Shown here: positions 48,856-51,217 of the stretch, piece after piece
How positions within the stretch are numbered: position 1 is the first letter of the stretch
Layout: every line of letters begins with the position of its first letter
DNA from: Candidatus Dadabacteria bacterium
GTDB taxonomy: Bacteria; Desulfobacterota_D; UBA1144; Nemesobacterales; CSP1-2
DNA length: 51,217 nt
Assembly (NCBI GenBank): GCA_040289575.1
Contig: PSLL01000004.1
Coordinates: forward strand, 50,002 to 101,218
Direction of reading: 5' to 3'
Notes under the pieces: model-generated
Told to the model about the DNA's origin: nothing
What the model saw: the letters and a program-made list of their open reading frames with translations, nothing else
The model's database searches: none
Made by a program: the position numbers and the translations under genes

Positions 48856-50552
48856 CTAAAAGCAGATCATCTAAGCGAGCTTTGGATACATACAAACAAC
48901 TCGTGCAACCTCCAGTGCGCCCACTGTCTTGTAAGCTCGGCCCCCTGGGAAGACAGAGGAATGCCAAAAGAAGAAATAAAACGCATCATTGACCAGGGAC
49001 GTGAGCTTGGAGTGTTTCGGTTCTATTTCACGGGCGGGGAACCATTTATAAGAAAGGATATTTACGAGCTAATAGACTACGTCACTCGTGACGAGAATTC
49101 AGAGCTTATCGTTCTTACAAACGGAATGTTCTTCAACCAAAAAGAAAAGCTCAATCAGCTTCTCGAATTAGCCAGAGGTCGCTTTAAACCTCAAATCAGC
49201 CTCGACGGCTCAACCCCTGAGATAAACGATCCGATTCGCGGGAAAGGCACGTTTGAGAAGATCATAGAAGGGATAAAAATAGCCGCGGAATCAGGTTTAA
49301 ATCCAACGGTCACCACAGTGGTCACGGCGGCAAACGCCGAAGACATTCCAAACATTACAAGGAAAAACTCAGGTCAAAAAAATTTACGAGATTTGATCTC
49401 AGCAATGCCTGCTGGGAAAGCCTATGCGTTTATTCAAACGGAGAGGTTTACCCGTCTGCCGCGTTTGCAAATTTTGACGGTCTAAGCTGTGGGAACGTAA
49501 AAGAGAAATCCCTCAGAGAAATCTGGCAAAGAAGTCCTATCTGCCAGATGTTTAGAAGCGCAACGGTTCAGAAAAAGACAAAGTGCAATAACTGCTATCT
49601 GAAATTCATATGTGGAGGCGGCGATATTGAACATTCATATTTCTACTCAGCCGCCACATTTGGCGAAGGAAGTGTACATGGGCTTGATCCTTATTGCGAT
49701 CTCCATCAGGACATGATTAGATCGGTCTTATTTGAAATGGCTGAAGAAAAGCGCAAAGCCCACAACCTCAAATCCGGATTTAACGCGCCCACCGTTTTTC
49801 TCAGCATGGGAGAAGGCGCTCTGTCGTGCGGTACAAATGGAAACAGAAATGGCAAGTTAAAAGGCTCCCTGGATTTTAGCATAGAAGTATCACACTCAAA
49901 CTGCGTGCTTTCGTTTGATATAGACAAATCACGCGAGATTGTCAGGCAGTTTTATGGAAAGGCGGCTGAAGAACCGCAGAAAGAACTGTGCTGCTCTACA
50001 GGCTATCCCACTGAAGACATAAGCCATATCCCTCAAGAGGTCATTGACAGGTTCTATGGATGCGGAAGTCCAATGAGTATCGCCGATATTAAGCCCGGAG
50101 AAGGCGTAGTTGACCTCGGCTCAAGAGCAGGAATTGACTGCTTTATTGCCGCAAAGAAGACAGGGCAAAGTGGACGAGTAATTGGAGTAGATATGACAGA
50201 TCAGATGCTTAGCGTTGCAAATGAGTGCCGCTCTGTAGTCGCCAATAATCTCGGATACGACGTCGTAGAATTTAGAAAGGTTTTTAGAAGAAATACCGAT
50301 TGAGGATAAATCGGTTGACCTAATTACATCAAATTGCGTAATAAACCTCTCACCCAACAAAAAGAAGGTCTTCTCCGAAATGTGGCGAATTCTCAAGGAT
50401 CACGGAAGAATCGTAATTTCAGATATTGTGTCGGAGGTAGAGGTTCCTCCTCACATAGTTACAAATGACAAGCTATGGGGCGAGTGTATAGCTGGGGCAT
50501 TGACGGAGGAACAGTTTGTCTCCTATTTAGAACAAGCAGGATTCTGCTGTTA
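48856..50552 (+). pseudogene. Radical SAM/SPASM fused to arsenite methyltransferase (ArsM-like), degraded
   Basis: CNLQCAHC, TGGEPF, ISLDG; SPASM-type CNNC..KFICGGG; ArsM motifs LCC, FYGCGSP, SNCVINLSP, GECIAGAL. Deletion near 49360, frameshift near 50280, both ends truncated. Confidence 0.88.
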
Positions 50553-50584
50553 GATCAAGTGAATTTAACTCAAAACATAAGGAG

Positions 50585-50973
50585 AAATTCAAGGGAAAAT
50601 CCCTAGGTGAAAAGATGGCAAACGCATTTACCAAGACCTTTTCTCTCGGAGCCAAAAAGGCCGTTATTATCGGAACTGACTGTGTTGAGATTTCGGATCG
50701 GATAATCTCTCAAGCCTTTGACACACTTCACAGGGTAGATGTCGTATTGGGTCCGGCAGAGGACGGTGGGTACTACCTTCTAGGACTCAAAGACCTGAGA
50801 TTTTCAGCGGCATTCACTGGAGTACAAACCTCGTCCTGAATCAAACATTAAAGAAGCTAAAGGGAAGAGGGTTAAAGTTCAAACTATTAAAAACTTTAAA
50901 AGACATTGACACAATCAGCGATGTTAATGATGAGTTGCTACTTAAGATTCGAGAAAGGGAGGACGGGGAATGA
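50585..50973 (+). pseudogene. TIGR04282/DUF2064-like glycosyltransferase, N-truncated and frameshifted
   Basis: LGEKMANAF, IIGTDC, VLGPAEDGGYYLLGL, then in another frame IFSGIHWST...DIDTISD. Confidence 0.88.
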
Positions 50974-51217
50974 TTACCGCTGCTCTTATCGTACTTGTAG
51001 TCATGCTTTCATTTGCAAACGGTTCAAATGACGTTTCAAAGGGGATTGCAACACTCGTTGGAAGCAGAATAACCGACTACAGAAAAGCCATTATATGGGG
51101 AACAATCTGGACTATGGCCGGGGCAATAGTTTCTGCGTTTTTTGCACTTGAGATGGCAAAAACCTTCTCCGCCAGTGGGGTAGTAAAATCAACCACTAAT
51201 CTAAATCAAATGTTTCC
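50970..51217 (+). CDS. Inorganic phosphate transporter (PiT) family, partial
   Basis: MITAALIVLVVMLSFANGSNDVSKGIATLVGS; GGAGG RBS; runs off the window. Confidence 0.85.
   Translation, partial: MITAALIVLVVMLSFANGSNDVSKGIATLVGSRITDYRKAIIWGTIWTMAGAIVSAFFALEMAKTFSASGVVKSTTNLNQMF

Noticed and set aside
1..51217. CRISPR array, rRNA, integrase or prophage genes
   Set aside because: No regularly spaced repeats, rRNA-like tracts or phage/integrase motifs seen by eye.

Overview
Bacterial chromosomal window of moderate GC (roughly mid-40s %, estimated by eye). Gene content is deltaproteobacteria-like; a Dadabacteria-type lineage is a guess only. 1-28.3 kb is mostly housekeeping: partial sucA, mce, tatA, meaB, pcm, LysM protein, rng, rpsU, ABC exporter, lgt, ferrooxidans-type gshA, RDD protein, an interrupted deoxyhypusine synthase, DsbA-like protein, purB, a YycJ-like hydrolase, a RomR-like regulator, and tig-clpP-clpX-lon flanked by tRNA-Lys/Leu and tRNA-Val/Asp. 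28.6-51.2 kb is accessory and partly decaying. The best candidate for an undescribed system is 29.1-36.3 kb. An ECF sigma factor with no adjacent anti-sigma and an RCD tail shares mirror-image GTAAC-N16-ACTCTAT promoters with a TTHB210-like protein plus Tat cupredoxin operon. A variant of the same motif precedes an operon for a di-haem cytochrome c and an A1-type haem-copper oxidase whose K proton channel residues are all replaced while the D channel and active site are intact. The window also holds a 437-bp internally deleted IS200/IS605 element with intact guide/cleavage ends, clustered sigma54-like promoters, a candidate anti-Shine-Dalgarno sRNA, REP-like palindromes, a foreign high-GC patch inside a GH15 remnant, and a collapsed radical SAM-ArsM / TIGR04282-like glycosyltransferase / PiT locus. 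No CRISPR array or rRNA was seen. Family assignments come from motif recognition, not database searches.
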